Of a stretch of 64,000 nucleotides of DNA, positions 14,408 through 25,119 are shown piece by piece (the stretch's first letter is position 1; every line of letters begins with the position of its first letter). A program made the position numbers and the translations under genes. The notes under the pieces are model-generated. The model worked only from the letters and a program-made list of their open reading frames with translations, was not told the origin of the DNA and ran no database searches. Source of the DNA: Antedon mediterranea (taxonomy: Eukaryota > Animalia > Echinodermata); the NCBI RefSeq assembly GCF_964355755.1, contig NC_092676.1, forward strand, positions 6,301,888 to 6,365,887, in the 5' to 3' direction.

Positions 14408-16270
14408 TTATATTTGCGTTACCGATGGTCGTTTTTCGTAATTTATTTCATAATACGGATTGGAGTCCGTATATTCCACACCTTCTACGTTGTCTAATGA
14501 TGGTTCAGACTTAGGTGCATTGCGAAAAGAGCTTTTGTTAACGACTGCGTATTGAGGGTCGCCGTTCATATTGATGGCAACATCATCATTACTGCCATTC
14601 TCCACATGATCATTTACACCACTGTGATCAACAGCATCTACATTAGCTTCTGGAAGTGCTTCTTCTTGGTTAACCTCTCCTTCAGGTTCGAGTCTTGTGT
14701 TATCACCATTTACTGGTAAAGTGTCTTTATCGTGTATGTTATCATATTCATGTGTAGAACTCTCAGTTTCATTGCCTTTTCCAAACGTCTTAAATGGATT
14801 ATCTTGAGTGTAGAGAACCTTGTCATCTTTAGGTTCCTCTTCAAAGCCACCATTATCATCATAACCTGTATTCTGGTAATGTGTCCACTGAGTTGCCGTC
14901 ACGGTTGTATCTTCATCAGGATCCGATTTTGATCTTCTGTAAAGCAGAATGACTATCGTGATCACAAAAAGAATGACAGTTCCACCAGCAAGACCACCGA
15001 TGATATAATAGTAATCCTTTATTTTATCATCTGTGATTTCAGCAACAGTTGGTATTATATCAGTCTCGGTGTTAACAGCGATACTACGCTGATTTGTTGT
15101 TGATGGTAACATAGTGGTAGAAATCATTGTGGTGGGATTTAATGTGGTTGACATAATCGTTGTTGTCGGTTCATTAGCCATTACACATATAGTATTATCA
15201 ATGGTAAAATTATCGTTACCTTCTCCAATCGCATTCATAACTGAGCATTCTAGTAAGCATGGCGTCAGCGTCATGTTGTCAGGGATGGTCAAATTGTCAT
15301 CTATAAGTATGACGTATACTGGTTTCTCTGTTTCTCCATTTTTGAAAACTTGACAAGATACATTAGAACCAAAAACCTCGCATTCCATTGGCATGCCTTC
15401 TTCCGAGTCGTCCTGTGCAAGTGTCAGTGTTCCTTCACCTGGATCAATACATTCCATGCCAGTGTCATCAAGACACAGACTCCATTTGAATTGAGTAGCA
15501 TTTGGATTAGAAACAGCTCCACAGGTAAATGAAGCGTTTCCGTAAGGTAGCATCCCATTCTGGGTGATTTCAACGATAGGTTTATGTTTAACATTTAGGG
15601 TAACAGAACATTCATACGGCGTATTGAATATCTGGTTATCAACAGTGCATCTTAACACAGCACCATCATCGTATGGTGTTGCCTTAAAAGAGGTTGAATT
15701 GGTACTTCCTTGATTGATAAATATAGGATCAACAATCCCACTCAACAGTGTGTTGGAATTACTCGTTAAATTCATTTCCACCTTTGGTATCGAACTTCGA
15801 AAAAAACAGGTAAATTCGACATCCTCCCCAGATACTGTAGGGTTTAAATCCACAGTACATGTTGGTGACATTGGCTCCGCGTAAACATTAAGTTCAGCTG
15901 CAGGCTCACTTGCATCGACTAACGCACCATCACTGCTCATGATTGTGCACTGGTACTCTTCGCCTCCTTCGTTGTTTATGGTAACTCCTGCAATTTGTAA
16001 GTTGTATGTTCCTTCAGCATCACCACCAGTAATTTTATAACGATCAGGCATATCTAGACTTGATTCTATCGTTCTGTTCTCACTGTATTTAACTGATATT
16101 TCTCGATATCGATGCCAAATGACCGTGTTACCTCCAAGTTTGTCTACGGTGCAATACAAAGTCACGTTTCCTCCTTCAATTGCATTAGTATCCTGAGGAC
16201 CAACAGTAATTGTGGAAGCACCCACCAACAAACACTGGACAAACAACACTAGTATAGTTTGACAGTACAT
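14408..16270 (-). CDS. Ig-superfamily type I membrane receptor A (signal peptide, V/I-set + 2 C2-like Ig domains, Thr-rich stalk, TM, ~175-aa Tyr-rich tail), single exon
   Basis: 620-aa uninterrupted ORF; Ig motifs VTLYC..W..YNLQI..YQC, FTC..DDGAVLRC, FTC..W..LECSVMN; TM IIGGLAGGTVILFVITIVILLY; tail YDNI, YAVV, YYEI and C-terminal TQI. Confidence 0.92.
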   Translation of the reverse strand: MYCQTILVLFVQCLLVGASTITVGPQDTNAIEGGNVTLYCTVDKLGGNTVIWHRYREISVKYSENRTIESSLDMPDRYKITGGDAEGTYNLQIAGVTINNEGGEEYQCTIMSSDGALVDASEPAAELNVYAEPMSPTCTVDLNPTVSGEDVEFTCFFRSSIPKVEMNLTSNSNTLLSGIVDPIFINQGSTNSTSFKATPYDDGAVLRCTVDNQIFNTPYECSVTLNVKHKPIVEITQNGMLPYGNASFTCGAVSNPNATQFKWSLCLDDTGMECIDPGEGTLTLAQDDSEEGMPMECEVFGSNVSCQVFKNGETEKPVYVILIDDNLTIPDNMTLTPCLLECSVMNAIGEGNDNFTIDNTICVMANEPTTTIMSTTLNPTTMISTTMLPSTTNQRSIAVNTETDIIPTVAEITDDKIKDYYYIIGGLAGGTVILFVITIVILLYRRSKSDPDEDTTVTATQWTHYQNTGYDDNGGFEEEPKDDKVLYTQDNPFKTFGKGNETESSTHEYDNIHDKDTLPVNGDNTRLEPEGEVNQEEALPEANVDAVDHSGVNDHVENGSNDDVAINMNGDPQYAVVNKSSFRNAPKSEPSLDNVEGVEYTDSNPYYEINYEKRPSVTQI

Positions 16271-16824
16271 TTTGTCTAACGTGTAGTCGACAATAGAGAA
16301 ACCGTACTAACGTTTAACTTCCAAATCACTAGTGGGTGAATGAAATGATTCGTCAATTGTTTGTTGACCTACCCAGTATTAACGGTTCAGTACCTTCAAC
16401 GTTTATATTTTAATTGTGTATCCCTCTTCGTAGATAGTATTAATAAAATGTTTGAACGTTTCTACTACAGTACTATATCAACATGGATCCAAAAGTGTAT
16501 GTAGGCAGTTAATAAAACACCCTTAAATGAATCAAACCGAACGAAATGACTTCATCTGCTGCATTTCTTTAAATTAAATATTGCCGAAAGAGGGCGTAAA
16601 CCAAAGTTCCCATTAAAAGATTTCTTTTCGTTAAAAACGCTCAAAACCTCAAAAATCCTGTAAAATGTGTGAATTGCTTCATCCCTATATGATTTATGAG
16701 GCATTCCCTCCTAAAAATTTACATATTTGCCAAGGAAGCAAAGAAGAAGAAGATGGGCTTCGTTTAGAGGTTTTACGATACCTTTGTAGGTTTTTTTAAG
16801 CAAGGTTTTTAAATTTCCAAATTG

Positions 16825-17568
16825 CAGGGGTGGATCCAGGATTTTGTGAAAGGGGGGGGGGGGGGGGTGGGCGCAACTGTAGAGATTCCGCACTGTAGAG
16901 AGGCGATTTTGAAAATGTAACACCTCTAGATGGTCAGAAATGGCACTCTCACGTTAAATAAATGTATTAAAAATTGATATTTTAAATATGAAAACTGAGG
17001 TACTAGCCTATTAAAGGGTGACATTTTCCCTATAGGCCTATTTTGAGTAAAAGCGTCACAACAGAGCGTTTCGCGCAAGTCAGCGTTTGCACGTACATGA
17101 CGAAAAAAGGTGCCTGTCAAGGGCCGTCGACAGGACCTGTTATTAAATGACGCCCCAGATGGCCGGAAAAATGGTACTCTCGCACATAAAATTCATGATA
17201 AATGGCACCTCTAATTTGCAGGAAAAGACACTCTCATATGTAGCATGCTACCAATGAGCAAAACCCGAGCAAAACGATCATACTTTTCCCTCCAATAAAC
17301 ACACGTGACTAATTACAGGACGATATAACATTTTGTTGCCGATTTCATTCACTCAGTATTTTGTTTTGATCGTTGCGTTCAAGTTCAATGCGAACGTACA
17401 TCTAATAAAAAGTAACTTAGCACGGCGCTGAATGTGTTTTAACCAAAAGTGAAAGTACTTTACTCTTTTTTACGCTTTTTCCCCATTTTTTTCCCTTATG
17501 GTAGGATAATTTTTTTTCTCCAGATTATAGGGGGCGTGCGGAGGGTACGCCCCCTGGATCCGCCACTG
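16825..17568. mobile_element. hAT-like MITE between the divergent Ig genes A and B
   Basis: TIR CAGGGGTGGATCCAGG / CCTGGATCCGCCACTG; 6-bp direct flank AAATTG at 16819-16824 and 17569-17574. Confidence 0.7.
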
Positions 17569-18073
17569 AAATTGTAATTATATATTGTGGAAATAATTCC
17601 ATTTTTCCCAACGTGTCTGTAAAAATAATAAATAATCTAGTCCAGTTTAAACTAGGTCCTTATTGTCAAGAAGATAGACAATGTTTGACGTGAGAGCAGT
17701 AATATGAAGTTTCTAACAGAGATAAACTTATTATTTCGAAGGAATTGATTATTAGCAACATAATACTTTTTTTGCAATATATTATTTCGAGGGGACGCTG
17801 TGCAGTCGTATTGCCGAGAGAGGGCGTATTAAATTGCAAGCGAGAAGCAAGATCATACAGTGAATATGATGTGATCAATTAATTGTACTGAACTAATATT
17901 TTATTAATACAATCATTAATGGTTCAGTGATTGTATTACTTTATTATATGCATTGTATTGTACATCTTAGCTTATTTCAATGCTGAGCACATTTTGTTTG
18001 TATGTATTTCAATAAAAGTGTTTTTAAAGTTCGAAACCTGCAACATCATATCATTCTAACGACTATTTTCGTC

Positions 18074-19735
18074 ATGTGCTGTCTTTTTATACTAGTGGTT
18101 GTCCAGTGTTGTATCTATTTGTGGGCAGATGCTTCCACAATTATTGTTGGTCCTCTGGACACTGATGTAATTGAAGGAGGCAATGTCACTTTGTATTGCA
18201 CCGTAGACGAATTAGGAGGTAACACGGTCATTTGGCATCGATATCAAGAAATATCAGTTAAATACAGTGAAAACAGAACGATAGAATCAAATGTAGATAT
18301 GCCTGATCGTTATAAAATTATTGGTGATGATGCTGAGGGAACATACAACTTACAAATTACAGGAGTTACCATAATCAACGAAGGAGGCGAAGAGTACCAG
18401 TGCACAATCATGAGTAGTGATGGTGGGTTAGTCGATGCAAGTGATCCTGCAGCTGAACTTAATGTTTATGAGGAGCCAGTGTCACCAACATGTACTGTAG
18501 AATTAAACCCTATAGTAGCTGGCGATAGTGTCGAATTTACCTGTTATTTTGCAAGTTTGATACCAAAGGTGGAAATGAATTTAACGAGTAATTCCAACAC
18601 ACTGTTGAGTGGGATTGTTTATCCTGTATTCGTCAATCAAGGAAGTACCAGTTCAACCTCTTTCGCTGTTACTGCAGAAGATGACGGTGCTGTGTTAAGA
18701 TGTTCTGTTGATAACCAGATATTCAATATGCCTTATGATTGCTCTCTTACAATAAATGTCAAACATAAACCTGTCGTGGAAATCACTCAGATTGGGATGT
18801 TACCTTACGGAAACGCTTCATTTACGTGTGGAGCTGTTTCTAATCCTGATGCAACTCAATTCAATTGGAGGCTGTGTCTTGGAGACACTGATATGGAATG
18901 TATTGATCCTGGTGAAAGAACACTGACACTTGCACAGGACGACTCGGAAGAAGGCATGCCAATGGAATGTGAGGTTTTTGGTTCTAATGTATCTTGTCAA
19001 GTTTTCAAAAATGGAGAAACTGAATTACCAGTTTACGTCATACTGATAGATGACAATTTGACCATCCCTGACAACATGACGGTTACTCCATGTTTACTAG
19101 AATGCTCAGTTATGAATGAGATTGGAGAAGGTAAAGATAATTTTACAATTGATAACACTATATGTTTAATGGCTATTGAACCGACAACGATTGCGTCAAC
19201 CACATTAGAGCCCACCACATTAACGTCTACAACTATGTCACCATCAACAATTACTGTACGTGATGTGGAAACTACCGCTACTTCAAGAGTAACTACTGGC
19301 GAGTATGCAACGACCACGGTAGCTACTAAAGAGGATGACACGACAACGGTAGGTACTAAAGAGGATGCAACGACAACGGTAGCTGATGGAGAGGATGCCA
19401 CGGCTACGGTAGCTACTAAAGAGGATGTCACGACAACGGTAGCTACTGGAGAGGATGCCACGACAATGGTAGCTACTAAAGAGGATGCCACGACAACGGT
19501 AGCTACTGGAGAGGACGCCACGAAAACTGAGACTGAAAACAAAACTGATGATACTAGCGATGATAGCGGTTTAGAGAAAGGAGTTGTCATTCTCATTGGC
19601 TTAGTTTCTGGTATAGTTGGTTTGATTCTGGTTAGTGTTATAAGTAATCAATTGAAACTCTATTTAAAGAACAAAACCAAGAGAACCACTTCTATCGACG
19701 CATCTCCAGATAGGAAAGAAAATGGGACACAATAA
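18074..19735 (+). CDS. Ig-superfamily receptor B (3 Ig domains, repeat-extended Thr-rich stalk, TM, short tail), single exon
   Basis: Paralog of A; ATG 18074 (MCCLFILVVVQ) aligns with the starts of the other paralogs; TM VVILIGLVSGIVGLILVSVI; stop TAA at 19733-19735. Confidence 0.9.
   Translation: MCCLFILVVVQCCIYLWADASTIIVGPLDTDVIEGGNVTLYCTVDELGGNTVIWHRYQEISVKYSENRTIESNVDMPDRYKIIGDDAEGTYNLQITGVTIINEGGEEYQCTIMSSDGGLVDASDPAAELNVYEEPVSPTCTVELNPIVAGDSVEFTCYFASLIPKVEMNLTSNSNTLLSGIVYPVFVNQGSTSSTSFAVTAEDDGAVLRCSVDNQIFNMPYDCSLTINVKHKPVVEITQIGMLPYGNASFTCGAVSNPDATQFNWRLCLGDTDMECIDPGERTLTLAQDDSEEGMPMECEVFGSNVSCQVFKNGETELPVYVILIDDNLTIPDNMTVTPCLLECSVMNEIGEGKDNFTIDNTICLMAIEPTTIASTTLEPTTLTSTTMSPSTITVRDVETTATSRVTTGEYATTTVATKEDDTTTVGTKEDATTTVADGEDATATVATKEDVTTTVATGEDATTMVATKEDATTTVATGEDATKTETENKTDDTSDDSGLEKGVVILIGLVSGIVGLILVSVISNQLKLYLKNKTKRTTSIDASPDRKENGTQ
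19289..19522 (+). repeat. Coding 30-bp minisatellite (~8 copies; 10-aa unit TTVAT(K/G)EDAT)
   Basis: GTAGCTACT(AAA/GGA)GAGGATGCCACGACAACG repeated in register within gene B. Confidence 0.9.
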
Positions 19736-21487
19736 GAAAATGTAAATAAAATATCTCCCACGATGAATATAATACAGAGTTAAATAGTGGCTTCGCAGAT
19801 GCGAGTTTGTGCATTGAATCGACTCGTGATATAACGGCTAAAAAGACAAGTTGAACCTACCACAAACAATGTAAAATGTGTGTAAAATGTGAACAGAAAC
19901 ATTTATTCTCTGAATAGGTTGGACACAACAAAAACGTTCTCATCACATGACCTAATAATTCTGTCGCTGAACTGTACATAGAAGATGTATGTATAATTTA
20001 AATTTGATATTATTGTGTTGTCCCTGTGCCTTAGTAGATTAAACATAAACTGTGTAAGTTTTCCGAAAATCTTTAAACCTATAGAATTTGTGCGGTCCGC
20101 TCGCGGGCCACTTGCTATATTTGTGATAAAGAAATAATTTCGTTAATTTGTACATAAATACTAACAGAAGTAAAATTAATTTACAATTTACGATGTTTGT
20201 GCTTAATTGAGACTATTTAGATGGAATTAAGCGATCCGGGAATGATATATCTTGGAAACGGTACCGCTATATTTCGTTCCTGCTAAAAACATTAAATTTT
20301 TTCAATGCACGTTACATTACGGATTACGTAAAAATGTTTTAATCTGTAAATAAATAATTATGTATTATCTGGTTTAAAGCATTTTGTAGTTTATTTTTAC
20401 CTGGTTCTATTATTGTCTTTTCCGAGTATCTCAGTCTTATTTATTTCAGCTCTATCATCAGAACTTGGCTAGGCCTAGGCAGAGTTATTGTTACCTAGAC
20501 AAGCTAGGCCCTATCTAGCAGCTGCTAGCCTAGTGTCACAGCCGGAAATAAGGGTATAGATTAATTATGTACGTAGATTATAAAGGCTAGATCTTCCTAC
20601 GTATTTAAAATCCTAAAAGAAATTGATAAGTTGAAAGTTGGACCCTTTTTTGATATGTTAACAGTTTTTTATTAGGGGAGGAAGGAGCCTTCGACTGCTA
20701 CCAATGAGCTCATCAGAACACTTAAACTTTAACGATTTTGTTTTATTTACCTCCGACCAAGGAGGTACATAGTCAATCGCATGTGTCTGCTGTCTGTATG
20801 TTAGCAAAATTATTCAAAAAGTTAGAAGTTCTTTACCAACATGAAAATATAGATAGATATGTGTTCAAGGACCACTCCATTAAATTTTGGAGGCAATCCG
20901 GACCAGGGTCCCAATTCTGGACCACTTTTAGCATTATTTTCAGACCTGCTAATGTTAAAAGATAGGAGACAATTTTCAAAAGCCGGCGAGCAGTCTTAAA
21001 GTTACAAGTAGGCCTAAACTGAAATTGAATTTCATAAAACTAAATTTTTGTACAAGAAGCACGAGTTATAATTTGTGATTTGTAATTTTAAAACAATTTT
21101 ATTTAATGTAAAGTTTTTTTTTTTATACGAGTAGTTTTAAAAAACCTATTAATTTTCCAATTCACCCGTTTGTTTTTGGCGTTGCTGTTCTATTGTTAGT
21201 CAACTGTAACTATTGTTAGTTGAAAGGCTGGTTACATAACCATCCAAACTCGCATACACATAGTTGTAGTGAACTTAGCCTAATCCCGGGTGAAATCTTA
21301 TGTAGGAGTGCCGTTATATGATTTTTTGTTGTGACGATGAGAGAGCATTTTTTTTAATGAATATGAAAGATATATAATGTTTCAAAAGAATTTTATTTTA
21401 ATTTGGTCCTCACAAAAGAAAATAATAATAGTTAGGATGACTATAACGAGGCATTTAAAAAAAAGGCAAATTGCCTTAAAATGTAAA

Positions 21488-21526
21488 TGTGACATGTTTC
21501 GAGAAACTATTCTCATCATCAGAACA
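21488..21526 (-). ncRNA. Degenerate minimal hammerhead-like motif (related copy at 63708-63743, + strand)
   Basis: Minus strand CTGATGA-T-GAGAA..TTCTC-GAAA-CATG-TC; palindromic ACATGT stem III; stem I imperfect. Confidence 0.45.
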
Positions 21527-23597
21527 GTAAACAACGCATAGAGTGCTTATAAAAATAATAATGATATTTTTTAAAGTTCGCCAATTTATTCTGATCTACA
21601 TAAAAGTTGAAATCGTTTCTGTCAAGCAAAACATAATTGTTGTCTGTAACTGTTGTTATTTATGGATAATTTATAATGATATCATACTAGTTCGTCCGTA
21701 GTTTGGTTGACCTTTAAACTCTGATACTATTGAATCTTCTTAAACGCTAAACGTCGTTAGACATTGCACGTCTCATAATACGTTACGTGAGCAAGCATCG
21801 CATGTGAACAATTCTGTTTCCTTTTTATGTTTGCCATCCATGTTGTTTTTCGTCTTCCTTTTGGTCTTTTGCAGAACTTCTCTGCGTGCGATCTTAGCTG
21901 GTGTGTTTTCATTTAAACGGAGCAAGTGAACATACCATGTCAGCCTTCTTTTTACATTCTTACTCCACTCAATTTATTCTGTTCTTTTGTACAGATCTTC
22001 ATTTTTTAATTTCTCCGGCCATCTTATACCTATTATCCTCTTTAAGAATTTTCTTTGAAATATATCGATTTCACTCTGTATGTATAGTTATATTGTCATT
22101 GTCAAGATTTCACAATTATACAAAAAGATGCTTGTGATGTATGTAGTCGGTTCTCTTACGCCTATGGCTACTACACAAGTGGTAAGTAAAGACTATATTT
22201 TACATTTACAACAATTGATACAGTAATGGAATATCATCATCTAGATCTATATTTTGTCAAAAAAATTACCCAAATACAATTACTACTACATTTACTCACT
22301 AAAATGAGGTGATTTAAGATGTTTGTTACAAATTAATAGTCATTCTTAGTACACAATAAATAATTAACTAGTTAATGGAACAAAATTAGAAACTGGTGAT
22401 GGTGATCCACAAACCAGTATTGTACAGTGTTCTCCCAATTTAGAAATCAATTCTGGACAATTAAGCGAGGTACCGAATCCTATTAAAGTGATAATAATGA
22501 AAGTGTAATTGGAAAGTGTAAGATATTATAAATATAAATAAAAAATGCACTCCAATTTACAAAATATAGTCTCTGTCTGATTGTAACTTTAATACAAGTA
22601 GCTAGGCCTAGCCTACAGTACCACTACTAGTAGTACTAGGACAGGTGTTTACAGAATTTTTAATACAGATTGAATCTTGCTGGTAAAACCGGAGAACACT
22701 GCTATGATACCAAAAATATTATATGTAAATATAAATAAAAAGAAATAAATAAAACTTTAATACATATTGAATCAATTGATTGTTAACAGCAGCTGTGTCT
22801 TTCACATATATACAGAATGAATTGAGAGTGTAAATAAACAAAACCATATAAAATGAATAAATATTGTCATTATAAACATTAATTGTGAATAAGATTCTAG
22901 TCTACATACTATTTAACACAAATAATTGAGCCATCAATACTTTTTTTCTATTTCAAGATCCAGAGAAACGGTGTCTCATCCAGAAAATATAAAATTATAA
23001 TTCACTTAGACCTAGGTCTTTTCAATTAACAGAAGAATTTCCATCAATAAGCCTAAATTAATAATAATAATTATTATCAGGTAGGCAGAATAAATAATAA
23101 GCCGAATCACCGGATGCTCAGCGCGCCGCGCGTTCCGGGTTACTTACTACCAATAACAGTATTTCGTCGCATCTATAATAACCAAATGAGGGCGCTATGT
23201 ATACATAGTTCAAATAGTTTAGTTTAATTATTTTTCAAGCAAGTTACGTGGCGCGGCGTGTAAAACGTAGTCTCCTGATGATGTGGACTAATCTTCGTGA
23301 GTTCGAGTCCCAGTAGATGACTTTTATTTACTTATTTCCAAACGCGAGTGTTGCCACACACAGTTACTATCAAACTTCTCGAGAATTTACTGGACGCAAT
23401 GTTCCCCGAACCACCGGTAGATGGCGTTGTACACGACTAAAGCGTTTACGGAAACACACTCAATTACTTTCGTAATGAGAAATCAGGTTATGACCTAAAA
23501 TACTGTAGCCAACATTTTGACATTGTATCGCATGCAACGCCTTAGAATGGTTTCAAGAGGGTTGGAAAATCTGAAAAAACATACGAAACTGTATATA

Positions 23598-23970
23598 CAA
23601 TTGCATTAGTGTCCTGAGGACCAACATCAATTGTGTCCAAACACCAGACAAACAGCACTATTATAAATTGACAGTACATGTTTTACATGCAGTCGACATT
23701 TTTTAAGTTCCAGATCATTAGTGGTTATGAAATGAATCGATTTGACCTACTCTGATTAACGGTCCAGTCACTTTTAATTGTGTATACAAGCTTCCCTCTG
23801 AGATAGTGTTATTAAAATGTTTGAACGTTACTGCTAGTACTACTGTATATCAAAATGGATTTAAACGTGTATGTAGGCAGTTAATATCATTCTCGGTATA
23901 GCTAAATGGATCAAACCGACGAAATGGCTTTACCTGCTGCATTTCTTTAAATTAAATATTGACGAAAGAG
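23598..23970 (-). pseudogene. 5' relic of an Ig receptor gene (degenerate signal peptide and first strand, plus ~290 bp of upstream DNA), copy of the gene A 5' region
   Basis: ATG at 23679-23677 (MYCQFII..VGPQDTNAI); upstream 23680-23970 aligns with 16271-16591. Confidence 0.8.
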
Positions 23971-25119
23971 AACAAACCAATATGATATTTGTTTTCGCAC
24001 CTGAAATCTTACCATAATCTTAGTTCCTTATTTGAATTAAATTAAAGAGATAGTTAAAAGTTGTATTGTTTAAAACATAGGTATATTATTGTAATATCTT
24101 GTTACTATGTTGATTCAACAACGAAAGAGAACATTATATTTAACATTTTCTCTTTTAGTTTAGTTTTATCTTTTTTTTTGTATTAACATTTTGTTGTAAC
24201 AATTGATTTGGGCAGCTTTTGTCATCTTGCACCCGATTCTGCTACTGTCCACAGGTGCTATCTGTAAAACTATAGCAAGTTATACACGTTGCTGTCTGCT
24301 ATAAATGCTGTACTTTTAACACACGGTACACTGTCTGGGCAGCTTTTGTCATCTTTTGGCAGCTTTTGTCATCTTGATACATTTAGGCCTATTTTACGCT
24401 TATTACAACACCTATTTCTACATTCCTCTTCGCTTGCAATATTGGTATGGAGGCTGGCTACTATTTTAGCAATATGTATATAAAAGATTTTCTTAAAAAA
24501 TATAAATTATTTTTTTTATATTTTACAACAATTGGTGTTGTTACAATTACTTTCCAATTGATTTGGTTGGCATTGATAACAGAATGAAATAATACATTTT
24601 CTTTATGACTTACCTTGATAAAATTAAGTCTTGATACATTATCAGTTCATTATTAGTTTTATCGTAATTTGGAACACAGAATTCACCAAGTGCTATACAA
24701 TGCATTCTCCTATATTTATTTTCAAATGTATGGTTCCGAACGTAAAATGTTGTGAGTATCAGGATAGTTTTTAATAGTTGGTAGAATGTTGGCATATCGT
24801 TAAGAATTATATTTCAGTATTATTTTTTCCAATCTTAACTGTACAACATTAGATAGGCCTACGAATAGTATTTTGCATTTCAGGTCAGGGCTAAGTGGCA
24901 TAGTTTATGTTACTAAAATCCCCCTATGGTTTATATTTAAAAAATGGCAACTCTCCCTTTAATTGAATTTGAAAAAGGAAGTAGAACATTTTATTCAGAA
25001 AATTATCACACGACTAACTTTACATAAATGAATTGAACCGCTTGATAGGTTACGGTGCGACGTGATCTTGTATTAGTACTATACATTCTCTTCTGTTTTG
25101 TTGACTATACATAAACATC

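Noticed and set aside
18002-18073. Upstream ATG extension of gene B
   Set aside because: Paralogs start at the position matching 18074, and the extension is not in frame in gene D.
19033-19596. 187-aa hydrophobic antisense ORF
   Set aside because: Shadow of the repeat stalk of gene B.
23240-23325. tRNA-like or hammerhead-like stretch (CTGATGA; GAGTTCGAGTCC)
   Set aside because: A B-box is present but there is no full cloverleaf and no GAAA/stem III in the right position; probably a degenerate repeat.
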